In this document: one piece after another, positions 52,445-64,000 of the stretch
How the letters are laid out: every line of letters starts with the position of its first letter
Position numbering within the stretch: the stretch's first letter is position 1
NCBI RefSeq assembly: GCF_006345805.1
Contig: NC_043004.1
Coordinates: 60,202,001 to 60,266,000 of the forward strand
From: Octopus sinensis
Taxonomy: Eukaryota
Direction of reading: 5' to 3'
DNA: 64,000 nt
Notes under the pieces: generated by a model
Told to the model about the DNA's origin: nothing
Seen by the model: the letters and a program-made list of their open reading frames with translations, nothing else
Database searches by the model: none
Translations under genes and position numbers: made by a program

Positions 52445-55400
52445 GTTTTCGCGAGGAATACTCACTAAGAGAGAGAATTCGCCGGAGGAACCTGATATCC
52501 GAGCTAAAGATGAGGAAAGAATGGGAGAGAAGGGTTTACGAATCCAAGATGGACAGATAATCAAGTCCTACCTCTGGTCCCATGCTGTAGTGCTGACAGG
52601 GAAAGTGATGTGAGGGCAAATCGAAGTGAAGTTGATACCCCCGTCAACGATGCTATCTCTGATGCCCTTTATTCTGCCTGTTCCCCAACTCCCGCCCCTC
52701 AGACTTCACAGCTCAGCATCGTCTACACCAACTCGTGCTCCTTATTCCCAAGTTCAGTGAACTATTTACACTGGCCCTACGCGACTCCCCTGATGTGATA
52801 GCTATCACCGAGACTGGCTGACTCCAGCAGTAAAGGACTCAGAGATCCACCTGCAGGGCTACGCCCTTTTCAGATGTGACAGAGGAAAAAGGCAAGGTGG
52901 AGGTGTTGCTATGTATGTTAAGTCTGAGCACAAACCGTCCTGCGGTATTCTACCCAAAATGCTCAACCTACAACCAAATTCGATGCCGTCTATTGCAAGC
53001 TGAGCCTATCTGAGTTTTGCCTGCCCGTGTTGGCTGTCTACAGGCCGCCTCTAGCCGACCCCAGGACGATGCTCATCTACTCGAGGCGATAAGATTCGTT
53101 TCAGCTTCGCATGACTGCTTGGTACTAGGCGACTTCAACGCTCCCATGATCGATTGGCCCGCATCAATTTGTACAACATCTTCCCGGTTCGGCCAGGCCC
53201 TTCTTGACGTGGCTGAAGATTGTTTTCTATCGCAACATGTTGAATATCCGACAAGGCATCGGTCTGGGCAGCAGCCATCTATGCTAGATCTGGTATTCTC
53301 CCGCTATCCAAGATCAGTGTCAGACGTATCTGTGTGCGCCCCTCTTGCCAAGAGTGATCATGCGGTCCTGAAGTTCGTCATGCACACAACTTTTTCCACG
53401 CCCACGATTACTTCGCTGCCACGTAGAGTCTTCTCTGCAATTAATCATGAAATTCTAACCGAGGCTTCTGCGCTTCTGGACTGGCGTTCCCTGATGACGT
53501 TGTCCTCAGTTGACGAACTATGGTCATCCCTCAAAGCATATGTAATCTGTTTGACTGACCAGGCAGTTCCGTTGGACTTCCCAAGAGAAGAACACAAGCC
53601 CTGGGTGACGAAGAAGGTTAAACGAGAACGTCGACTCAGAGATATTGCTTGGGCTGAATTCAAAAATCTGGATTCGACTGCAGCTTTTGAGGTGTACAAA
53701 ACTCAACGAGACCGAGCCGTGAAAATTGAAAAGAAAGAACGCTTCAGTTATGAATACAAAATCGCGGCAAATGCCAGTAGCAATCCAAAAACCTTCTTTG
53801 CCCATGTCCAGCGGAATTCCCGCTTGAACAACCAGATGGTAACATTGGTAGACTCAACAGGCGTATCGATTGAGGACCCTTATCAACAGAGTCAATTATT
53901 TGCCGAGGCTTTTTCAACTATTTTCAAACAAGATGATGGTCGTGAACCCCCTCCATTTGATAGATCGGTACCTCCAATGCTTCGATTGATCATCACGCGG
54001 GACCAAGTCAAACGTGTTATTCAAGGCCTCGATGTCAACAAGGTCACGGCCCTGACGGCATACACCCACGGTTATCAAAGCGTTGGCTCTGGTCATCTGC
54101 GAGCCCTTAACACGACTATTCAATATGTCATTGGCAACGGTGTTATACCTGCAGACTGGAGAACAGCGATAATCTGCCCAATTTTCAAGAAGGGAGCCGC
54201 GAAGACCCGCTTAACTACCGACCGGTTTCCCTTACATCAATAATCAGCAAGATGTTCGAAACCATCCTTAAGAAAAGTATGATGCTCCACCTCCTAAGCA
54301 CAGCCTCGATCACTGATTCCCAACACGGCTTCGTGCCGAAGAGATCATGCTTGACCAACTTACTAGTAATGGAAGAATTAGTGACGCGCATCCTCGATGA
54401 TAGTGATGCTGTTGACATCGTTTTATTGGACTTTGCCAAAGCTTTTGACTCGGTAAACCACCGCCTACTACTTGTCAAGCTTCAAGCATATAGTTTCCAT
54501 CCGGATATTGTACGATGGGTTGGTGCCTTCCTCTCAGATCGCTCCTTCCAAGTTCAAGTTAATGGTTCGCGTCCGACGTCTCCAGTGCGAGCAGTGGCGT
54601 GCCACAAGGTTCAGTGCTTGGGCCCTTGTTGTTCTTAGTCTTCATAAATGACTTGCCCGACGACCTCACGCAACACACCCTTCTATTTGCCGACGATATC
54701 AAACTGGTCGCTCCTCGCGGTAGTATAGAGGATCTTCGTCGATGCCTCCACCAAATTTGGAAGTGGTCTAACGATTGGGACCTGTGTCTGAACGTGTCAA
54801 AGTGCTGTCATCTGCCTGTCGGCTCTACTCCTACAACTCAACTTGATTTCGAGCCGGGTCGTCTGCTGCTGGAGAGGACCGATCAGGTAAAGGACCTGGG
54901 TATCTTGGTGGATTCCTCCTTTTCACCTTCGGCCCAGTGCGTCCATGCTGCCAACAAAGCGCGCGGAATTCTGTTTTTGATTCGACGGTCATTCGGAGTG
55001 CTCACAGCAGCCATATTCCTGCCACTCTATGTCACGCTGGTGAGACCCATATTGGAGTATGGGATTCAAGCCTCTTCTCCTTATCTCATCAAAGACATAC
55101 AGCACCTCGAAAGAGTCCAGAGGCTGGCTACCCGCCTGGTTCATGGTCTCAAAAATTTGTCCTACGAAGAAAGGCTGAGGACGCTCGACCTTTATTCTCT
55201 TGAAAAACGCCGCCGCCGTGGTGATCTCATTCTCGCCCACAACATCATAAGCGGGAAGTGTAACCTCTCGAAAGAGCTGTTCTTCACTCCTGCTCCGGAG
55301 CGTCGGCTGCGGGGTCATTCCGAAAAGCTCTACCTGCGACGATTTCATCTCAATCGAAGGAGAGGAGCTTTCTCCGTCCGGGTTGCGGATCCGTGGAACA

Positions 55401-55569
55401 AGCTGCCAGATGAGATGGTGAAGATGCCGACGACCGCTTTGTTCAAAGCCTCCCTGGACTTCAAGTGGCCTGAACTCTTTACATGAACACAACCCTGTAC
55501 TTAACTCCATGTCCCCCTACATGGCCTTGCTATTTGCTTTTGAGCCAAATTAACTAACTAACTAACTAA
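52445..55569 (+). mobile_element. CR1-clade LINE: ORF1 C-terminus, complete ORF2 (APE endonuclease plus RT), 3' UTR and (TAAC)n tail
   Basis: IVYTN, IAITETW, GGGVAMYV, VLGDFN, SDH (APE); NYRPVSLT, LDFAKAFDSV, SGVPQGSVLGP, LFADDIK (RT); LYSLEKRRRRGDL; tail aactaactaactaactaac. ORF2 spans 52610-55486 with nine -1 frameshifts. Confidence 0.96.
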
Positions 55570-55610
55570 CATATATATATATGCATATGTATATGCATGC
55601 ATATGTATAA

Positions 55611-55790
55611 AGGGGTCTCGAAAAAATTTCTTGCTTTAAGATTTGCGCGAATTGGCTGCATGGAATCTCAAGCTTCCGAGTTCTTTTACAATGCTTAGAA
55701 AAGCTGAAGGACCTCCGAAATAAGTGTGTAAGTCTGAGAAGTTGAGATGTTGCATAAAACCAAGAACTTGTCATTAAACCCTCGTTCGTT
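55611..55790 (+). mobile_element. Diverged copy of the 24551-24750 MITE family
   Basis: aaggggtctcgaaaaaatttcttgctttaag...ctgaaggacc..aataagtgtgt...atgttgcataaaa. Confidence 0.55.
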
Positions 55791-58246
55791 TTTAAACAAT
55801 GTGTACTAAGATGTACTCTTATATAATATATATATGGCATATATGTGCAAACGCACGCGTGAACATGCACTGGCAGACACACACATATATAGAGTAAATA
55901 CCCATTCGGTCACGAATGCCCATGGGTTACCATTTAGTAAGTTCGCCTCCTTGCAGATATACGGCAAGGTAGTTTGTAGAAGCCAAACAGCAACGCCAGA
56001 TTTCACTCATTGAACTGCAGCCACACCAGGTTATAGTCTTGAAAGATCTTAAACTTTCAAGTTAGCAACCGTAAGCTTTTTAAAAATCTATGAATTCCAT
56101 TGTTATTTATTATGTCAGAATGATTGGTTATGAGAGCTGAACGGAAACAATTGTTCACAGACATATTTACATCCGCATACGTACAAATCCATAAGCATGT
56201 GTGTGTGTGTGTATGCATGTATGTATATATAACTGTGTATCTGTTGGAATAATTCTCGAAACTTTATATGTATAAAGATTATCATTCTCTTTGTTGTATT
56301 TTAATATTGTTCGTCCAAGCAAAGACACACTAGCCAATTATGCCATTAATAAATTCCCGATTATTTAACACAGCTATCTGTTAAAAATTACTTTCCTTCC
56401 ATTATATTCTGAATTATCTGATGCAACTGAATCCCATTTAAATAGTCATCAACCAAGATTTCTAAGCCAGAAAAGAATATTCAGTATTAATAACGTATCT
56501 TCTTAAATGCTAAAATGTTTCCACATATGGTTATACGATGGTTTGTCTTAATCTGTGACATTTGAAATAGATATAGACACATAAGTAAAACGAAGCATAA
56601 TTCTTGCTTAAAAGAAATTAATTTCTGCTTCAATTTACTATAACACACACATATATTTAAGTATATTACTTTGTCTACTTTTACTCATTGAAATTTTCAA
56701 TTGACGCATATAATTCAATTCAGTGCTAGTGAAAACGATGTTAACTAGCTCAGAAGTTGGTTTTAAATGTTTTACTTCAGGAAGATTCTTAGTTACGTAA
56801 CAATAATCCTTTGTTTCATGTGAAAGGAGATTCTAAGCTAATTAGGCGTGGTGATTTAGACTTTTATAATGGCGTACGCTCTGCCCTTTTTTATATTAGT
56901 GGCGATAACGTTGCGATAGATTACCAAGCCTTGTTATGTCAATAGGGAAGTTACAGATAATGTAATTTTGCAGAACTCAAAGAATACAATGGTGATGAAA
57001 GAAGCCATAATTTCATCTTCAAAGTTCGTAAAAGAGAGAGAGAGAAAAGGAGGCGAGATCCATACATAAACACCACACACGCGTGATAAATAGGTAGGTA
57101 CACATTATGAGAGAGAATGTGTGTGGGTGCGTGTTGATAGTTAGGTATGAAATAGTCGTTAAGCAATTGTTAATCAAGTACACAGATTGATAGATAAAGC
57201 TTGCACATGGATGGATTGACAGATACATAGATAGGTAGAAAGAGATGGATATATTCATACTTACATAAGCAGCTATGTAGGCTGTTAGATTGAAAGATAT
57301 ATGGATCGATAGGTTGATTGTTAGTTTGATAAATATATTGGTAGATATGTAGAGGAATACACTGAAAGATACATAGGCAGATATGTAGATGATGAGATTG
57401 TTAGATACGTAGATAGGAAGTAATCAACACACACTCGCAATATGAAATTCTGCATCCAATATTTCATCAGTTAATATTCACGTGTATATACACCAAATCG
57501 ATATGTCCAGAGGTTCTTTGAAATAAGCAAATAAGAACAACAACAAATGGTTTTAGATGAACTATAAAAGATAATGCCAAGCATTAAGTACACGCAGATG
57601 CAGGTAGGTGCAGATAACACATAGGTATGTATTTCTGAGTCTCTGTGGTAAGATATGCGTGTATATCTGTATGTGACTGTTTGTGTGATGTGAATGATTA
57701 TAGAAACTGCAGAAAATAAAAGAAAATCGTTAACCAGAAGATCTACTAGAATCAAACAAAACTAGAGTACATTTATTAGATTATTTCTCAGTCTACCGCC
57801 ATCTGTATTAACATGTGAATGAAATCAGAGCAAAATATTGCCAGAGACATTAACGGTAATTAACCATTGAAAAATATTTTCCATATCCGCTACCAAAATT
57901 TCCTATTAGAGGGTTCTTTTTTTTTTAACATCATATTTTTGTTGTTTTATTCTATTATGTTATTAGTTGTTCTGCTTTTGGAATTAACATATTGGTCCTT
58001 TGCCACTGAATAGCGCGGTTGAAAGCCAATAGGGAACAGAAATCTTTTAGCGTGTGTGAGAGATCAGATATAAACTGGCATTGGTTAACTGATAATTTGT
58101 TCACAGAATCGTACAGATTTTATGAACAGGCAGAACAACATACGTACTTACAAGTATATACACACGAATACACAAACACAAATAAAATATATAAATACAT
58201 ATGTATACACACCTGAAAAATATATCATTAGAGGTACATACATATA

Positions 58247-58289
<43 letters not shown>

Positions 58290-58336
58290 GGATAGATAGA
58301 TACACACATATACGCACATACACACACGCATACATG

Positions 58337-58408
<72 letters not shown>

Positions 58409-58509
58409 ATACAAATGTATATATGCCTGCATGTACTTGCATAAATATAAATATATGTGCATATACAAATGTCTGTAAATGTATATTTGTGCATGAGTGT
58501 GTGTACATG

Positions 58510-58579
<70 letters not shown>

Positions 58580-58866
58580 ATAATATATGCACACATATAC
58601 ATTTCTGCACTTATATGTATGCAGTTGTGTGTGCCTACATGGTATCTGTGTGCATGTATATGTATGTATTTGAGCATGGTCGAATGTATCGTTATTTGTA
58701 TAGATATAGATATAGATATAGAAATCTCAGCGATCATGTTCCATAGTATTCTAATTCTTACTAATTATTTTAACAAGTAGTTCAGACCAGCGAACAAATA
58801 AATGCATATGGCGTGACGAGTACTGAATGTACGTATGTACGTCTGCATGTATGTATATTACGTATG

Positions 58867-58900
<34 letters not shown>

Positions 58901-59116
58901 TGTATGTATGTATGTATGTATGTATGTATGTATGTATGTATGTATGTATGTATGCATGAATGTATGCATGAGTGTATGGATGGGTTGATGTGTTGATGGA
59001 TGTATAGATGGATGGATGGATGAACAAATATGTGAATTTTATTTTTGTTCTTGACGTAGTTCACGCTGGAGGCTACGATATTTATATATAAATTTTCAAA
59101 TAATTTTTTTTATGTA

Positions 59117-59698
59117 TGAGGTATGGTTAAAAAGTATCCGACCATTGGTCAAATAAACAGGTAATATTAAAATAATATTAAAATCTCCCTATTTTTCTTT
59201 AGTCTCCTTCGAAATTTTCGCCTTGAGAATCTTCACACTTTTGTCAGCGTTCCCGGCACTGCCGCAGACATTTCTAGCTATCACTTTCTGAGAGAGTGCA
59301 GAACTGTGTGATCGAATTTTTCTGAATGTCCTTTCTTCTTAATTCTTCTCCTTTTGAGTATTTTTCTTCCTTTTTCCTGAGCTCTGGAAATAGCCAAATG
59401 TTACATGGAGCCAAGTCTTGGCATTAGGAATCCTGACGAACAAGCGGTGTGGGTATGCTTGACGAGGAATGCTTGTTTCAGATGGGCGGAACGAGCGGAT
59501 ACGTTGTCAATTATTTGCTACCCATAGGTCGGGTCATTTTCGCAGCACAGCTTCACGCAGACGACGAAGAACCTTTGCAAACATTTCGTCGTTTCTACTA
59601 ATCGATGATCTGCCACAATGTTGCTCACTGTCCACTGAGGTGCGGCCACCTTTGAATCAGTTGTACCAATCTTTTTAACTTGCTTTTTCTCATGGCAT
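59117..59698 (-). mobile_element. Internally deleted mariner relic
   Basis: Minus strand WYN*FKGGRTSV, then VLRRLREAVLRK*PDLW, DNVSARSA and a decayed SPDLAPCD region; TIR-like gaggtatggttaaaaagtatccga at about 59118. Confidence 0.7.
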
Positions 59699-59708
59699 CA
59701 TCTCGAAG

Positions 59709-59968
59709 TGTGTGTGTATGTGTATGGGTATGTATGTTCATGTGTGTGTGTATGTTTGGCCTTTCCCCTTCCCCCCCCCCGCAACATCGCTTGACAACAG
59801 AAGCTGGTGTGTTTTCGTCCTCGTAAATTAGCGGCTCGGCAAACGAGACCGATTAAACAAGTATTAGGCTTACAAAGAAGAAGTCCAGCGATCGATTTGC
59901 TCGATTGAAGGCGGTACTCCTTGATGGCCACAGTCAAATGACTGAAACAAATAAAAGAATAAAAGAAG
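59709..59968 (+). mobile_element. SINE family B, 3' half
   Basis: catcgcttgacaac...ttagcggctcggcaaacgagaccgat...aaatgactgaaacaaataaaag. Confidence 0.8.
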
Positions 59969-60469
59969 AATAATACAACATATAAGTATATATGAACACA
60001 CACACACACACACATATGCTCATATATATGTATATACACATATATGTATTTATTATATCTGCATGCCTATATATGCGTCTGAATGCTTTGTGTCATGTGG
60101 TTTGATGTGTGTGTGTCTGAGCTTATGTGAGTGTGTGTATACGTGTGTGTGTATCTGCGTCTAGAAATGCACTCGTAGTCAAATATACAATCAAACTTAC
60201 TTGAATAGCCACTCATATATGCGCACAAAGAAAACAACCAATCATATACATAGAAACACAGAAGCATATATTGAGGTGCCTCTTTTACCGCAGTTCAACT
60301 ACTGCACTTGGTACAGTTTTTGTTTAATTAATTATGTTTTAATTATATTACCGTTTGTGAATGATTATCTTTTGATGTTTTCATCGTCTTTCAGGTCCAT
60401 TCATATTTACGTTTACCAGTTATTCTATTCTTTGTTATATTAAAAATCAGTTAACTTCGTCAAATGTTC

Positions 60470-60719
60470 ATAATTTCTTCTTCTTCTTCTTCTTCTTCTT
60501 CTTCTTCTTCTTCTTCTTCTTCTTCTTCTTCTCCTTCTTCTTCTTCTCTTCTTCTTCATTTTCTTCATCTTTCCCTTCTTCTTCTTCTTCTTCTTCTTCT
60601 TCTTCTTCTTCTTCATTTTCTTCTTCTTCATCTTCTTCTAAATAGTATCGTTAGAATTGTCATCATCATCATCTTCATCATCGTCATCATCATCATCATC
60701 AACATCATCATCATCATCA

Positions 60720-60786
<67 letters not shown>

Positions 60787-60810
60787 CATTATTATTATTA
60801 TTATTATTAT
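60470..60810. repeat. Compound (CTT)n,(CAT)n,(ATT)n tract
   Basis: Direct inspection. Confidence 0.93.
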
Positions 60811-63466
60811 TTTTAATATTATCGAATGTATCGAAATGCTCACTTCTGCTTAAGTATTAATCTTCATTAATTTAGCAGTAATCAATATCATAAAAGAAGA
60901 TAACCAAACGGTCGGGAAAAATAAAAGCAACCTACACTCTGAAACAATGAAATTCGCTAATAGTTTATATAGGTGGAAATTAATTATATTTCTTAATTGA
61001 CTCTTATTTGGCAATCTTTGATTAGTTATCGGTAAATGTGGCAGTAAGTTATATCTCGAAAATTCCAAATATCTCTAACCTTATTGATTCTTATTTTGGT
61101 TTCTGTTTTATTTTTAATAAAGAACAAAGTGAGATTAAGAAAAACATGAAGGTAGATCGTTGATTGGTGACCTCGTTCTTAATATTGTCACTGCGCCCTT
61201 GGTCATGTCATGAAGCTTATACAATTACAAACATGATCAAATTAATCACTGTTCAGCAAAATTAATTCAGCAATGACCGTTAATATTTGTTTTACTTGAG
61301 TGCATAATATCAAGCTCTACACTACTCAATATTCTTTATTTATTTTTGATGTATCGACTAAACATTTCCCACGTCACGCATGTTTCCTACTGAAAATAAT
61401 TATTTCGGTTTATCCTCTCTTTATGTTCAGGTTGTCAGTGACCAAATCAGCTGCCTCACCCAGTCTACCAGGGAAAGAGCCCGCTAGAAACCGAGGAAAT
61501 AAAAGAAAAAGAAAATCGATCAGTCTGACAAAATACTAACTACTTTCTTGTAATATTTTGGCTTCATAGCACTATAAGACTACTAGGATTTTGGCATCTT
61601 TCAAGATTCGTATTATATGTGCATACGAGAAGGTACAGTATGTACAGAGCTTTACCGAGAATATAACTGGGTGGGGATCGAAGATAAATTTTCAATGCAT
61701 GTAAGTGCCTTTGAAGAGAGGAAAATCTACGTGAGTTGACTTTTAGAGTATACCGGGTGAGAAGAGAACTCGTGACGAACCAAATCTCTTCGTGCCGAAG
61801 ATAGATGGAGACAGCTGTGCGAATCATGAAATTCCCATCTTCAACTCTAATGATGGGAATATATATCCATCCATATTTGAGCTCTCGTTCTTCTTTGTCT
61901 TAAATTTTATCGCAAACTGTCTTACTTCACTGATTTCAAAGTAGATCATTAATAAATAATAGTAATGAATCATCGTGATTAAACTATAATCCAGCATCTT
62001 GCATTATGAGATAGTCGCCAATAAACCTTCAAACATTTAGACGTCTTACAAAACGAAAGATATAAACCTGCTGCAGCTACTGGATTACTTCGTGTGCCAA
62101 CTAAATCAATGGTGCATCATATATGATTGCTCTCATTGCTTTATAGTATTGAATATTAGTAAGCTTATGTGAAGTTGTGTCTTAAATGCAGAATTATATC
62201 TTATTCTGCATGCAGTCAATTTCGGACTCGGTATGATATTCACTGCTGAAGCCAATGTTTAACTTCTGGCATATTACAGGCAACAAGAAGATAATGTACT
62301 CTTTATTGAAGCCTCAGTGACTCCCGAGTAAAGCTTGCGGGATATTTCAATTGTAAAAACAGTATTTTTTTTTACTGTTTATCACTAACTACGTATCAAA
62401 TAGTGAATCACATCTCAGGACATATTATAAATCACAAGTATTTCATTAGTATGTAATCCTGAGTTCATATACCCCTATGCGCAATTACAGACACACATAC
62501 ATACATACATACATACATATTCGTAGATTGGCATCTATGTGTATGTGTGTGCATGAACAGAGTATAAGAGAAAAAGAAGGAGAGGCCAAATGAGAGAAGA
62601 GAGAAGAGATTGAAACATCAGTGGTCTCATTAACCGAGCCACTAAAAATGACACCCGGATGATTTGTCTCGGAGACGTTATGGGATATATGAAATGTCAA
62701 AAGTAATATCGTCATCTGAAACACACGTTCACAGACATCCACGAGCACTCATATACATACACTGACATTTATAAAAGATTCCGAGCGTAGCAGTATCTCA
62801 GAGATCCAGTCCTACGGTAACTACACGCATCTCAAGTGTGCTTTACGTTCCAACAACATTTGCATAAAAGGAAACTACACTGTATTGTATGTAATTGAAT
62901 CAGAATTCATGTTTGATAGATGTAAAATCAAGACAAAAACGAAAAGCATAGAATAAAGAATGCTTAGAGAAAATCACCATCACTTAGCTTCTGTGAATGT
63001 TACATTAGTCATAGGATATGTGTAAATAATCTCCTCAAGAAAGATGCGTCAAAAATGGTGTAGATGTCGAAGAATGAAGAGATAAGTGGCATTTGTAGAA
63101 AATCCAGTCGCCATGATTGAAGATATGTATTAGAAAGTAGGAGGAGGGAGGTTGAAGTGTAAGGTGTCTGTACGTGAAATAAGTCAATGGTAATGAATGA
63201 TGTGTGAGCGATGCAAAGAGCGAGCAAGTGAGGTGCATAGAGCAGATATAACTGGAAGATGTTCATAACGAAATACTATATATCTTGATGTTTTTATGTG
63301 TGCATGCGTGAGAGAGCAGGAGAAAGAGAGACAATGAGAGAGAGAGAGAGACAGCGATAGTGTACATATGTGTATATGGGTGTCTCTCTCCACATATATA
63401 TATACATATATATGTATATACATAGGTATCCATATATGCATATATAAATATGTATATATATATTAT

Positions 63467-63543
<77 letters not shown>

Positions 63544-63940
63544 ATATATATATATATATGTATATCTACGTATATGTATATAGAATGTATGTAATTACAG
63601 TATATATATTAAATACGGAAATGTGTATAGACGTACAAAGACATATATAAATGTGCATATATATATATAAATATATATACATAGACATACATACATACAT
63701 ATATATATCTGTATTAATCTTCTTTCTTTCATTGATTTCAGTCATTGCAGTAGGATAATGATGTACAAGTTTTTGAAGAATTCTTGTCATATTGAATCCA
63801 TTACTGCTTCTTAGGACATAGGTATCTTTTTACAACTAACACCAGAACTATGGTTCCTAAAAGCAAGTTATAGAAAAAGACAGGTTGATTTAACTTCAGA
63901 ACCAACGCAAAAGAACAAACTTAGAAACATACACACACAC

Positions 63941-63978
<38 letters not shown>

Positions 63979-64000
63979 CACGTGATCACGTGACCGACCA

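Noticed and set aside
55957-55968. 12-nt microexon-like site ccttgcag|ATATACGGCAAG|gtagtt
   Set aside because: Moderate donor, expected by chance and no gene context
61656-61898. Protein-like 80-codon minus-strand frame (KEERELKYGWIYIPIIRVEDGNF...)
   Set aside because: Weak acceptor, competing plus-strand splice signals in the same interval and no recognisable family

Overview
AT-rich eukaryotic DNA dominated by repeats. It is probably an intronic or intergenic octopus-type (coleoid cephalopod) region; that assignment is my inference from composition and SINE families, not a search result. No host protein-coding gene, rRNA, tRNA gene or CRISPR array can be supported, and most entries in the ORF track are translations of microsatellites. 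The window holds at least four tRNA-derived SINE families and several LINEs: two CR1, three RTE, one L1/Tx1-like and R4/Dong-like elements sitting in (TAA)n tracts. It also has a Penelope GIY-YIG endonuclease fragment, Tc1/mariner relics and MITEs, two near-identical non-autonomous Helitrons and a Chapaev-like fragment. Most notable observations: (1) minimal hammerhead-ribozyme folds in four unrelated repeats, showing three different base pairs at core position 3-8 (C-G, G-C, U-A) and palindromic stem III; (2) a CR1 ORF2 of about 961 aa broken only by nine -1 deletions with no stop codons; (3) a SINE whose 3' tail matches the 3' end of the Tx1-like LINE in the same window; (4) a tandem cluster of TAA-targeting elements; (5) an A-B-x-A-inverted-B rearrangement with 326-bp arms. 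All alignments were done by eye, and coordinates of decayed elements are approximate.
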